NCBI GenBank assembly: GCA_015680685.1
Contig: MNCI01000986.1
Coordinates: 293,648 to 357,647, forward strand
Direction: 5' to 3'
Source: Gnetum montanum
Taxonomy: Eukaryota > Plantae > Gnetophyta
DNA: 64,000 nt
Both the position numbers and the translations under genes were made by a program. Position 1 is the first letter of the stretch. Each line of letters starts with the position of its first letter. This document shows positions 63,832 through 64,000 of this stretch, one piece after another. The notes below the pieces were generated by a model, which was not told the origin of the DNA, ran no database searches, and worked only from the letters and a program-made list of their open reading frames with translations.

Positions 63832-64000
63832 GAAGCTGAATGAACACTTGGTTGTGGAAGTTATTGAAAAAAGAGCCCAAATTGTCAATCCTACACTTCT
63901 CAACCTAGCATTGACAAGAGATGAAGCTCTTGAATAGCTTTATACCAGGTTGAAAGGGGTTGAGGGTGCGATGGAGATGACAATGTTCTACCAATCCTTG
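63832..64000 (+). mobile_element. Continuation of the host Athila ORF2 fragment after element 5
   Basis: Continues the sequence broken at 54744; homologous to the reverse complement of ~33035-33200. Confidence 0.75.

Overview
AT-rich plant nuclear DNA with no intact protein-coding gene; the species cannot be determined from the sequence. Most of the window is decayed, nested LTR retrotransposons. These are a SIRE/Sirevirus-like Ty1/copia (104-~13430) carrying a pol-less Athila-like Ty3/gypsy insert (3672-9932, TSD AAGTG), five more Athila-like copies or fragments (23538-~27900, 30811-35740, 44354-53362, 53383-54744 resuming at 63832, and 54745-63826 with TSD GCCAA), and a Tat/Retand/Ogre-like element (35741-44353). 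Between them lie an intron-containing Helitron Rep pseudogene (~15390-18333, minus strand) and a GC/CpG-rich host island (~19.85-22.1 kb) holding a lectin-receptor-kinase-like fragment and an intronless class III peroxidase pseudogene. Three observations stand out. (1) The Athila accessory ORF2 appears to have its own internal TATA promoter and 5'UTR intron. It is preceded by the same 14-bp-period CpG palindrome array as the LTR promoter, and the palindrome switches from CGTCGACG to CGACGTCG at both promoters in one subfamily, suggesting a possible ORF2/operator regulatory or anti-silencing circuit. (2) The Tat-like element carries a multi-intron antisense accessory gene. (3) Two Athila gag fragments meet head-to-head at a fold-back junction. 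All family assignments come from motif recognition by eye, and coordinates marked ~ are approximate.
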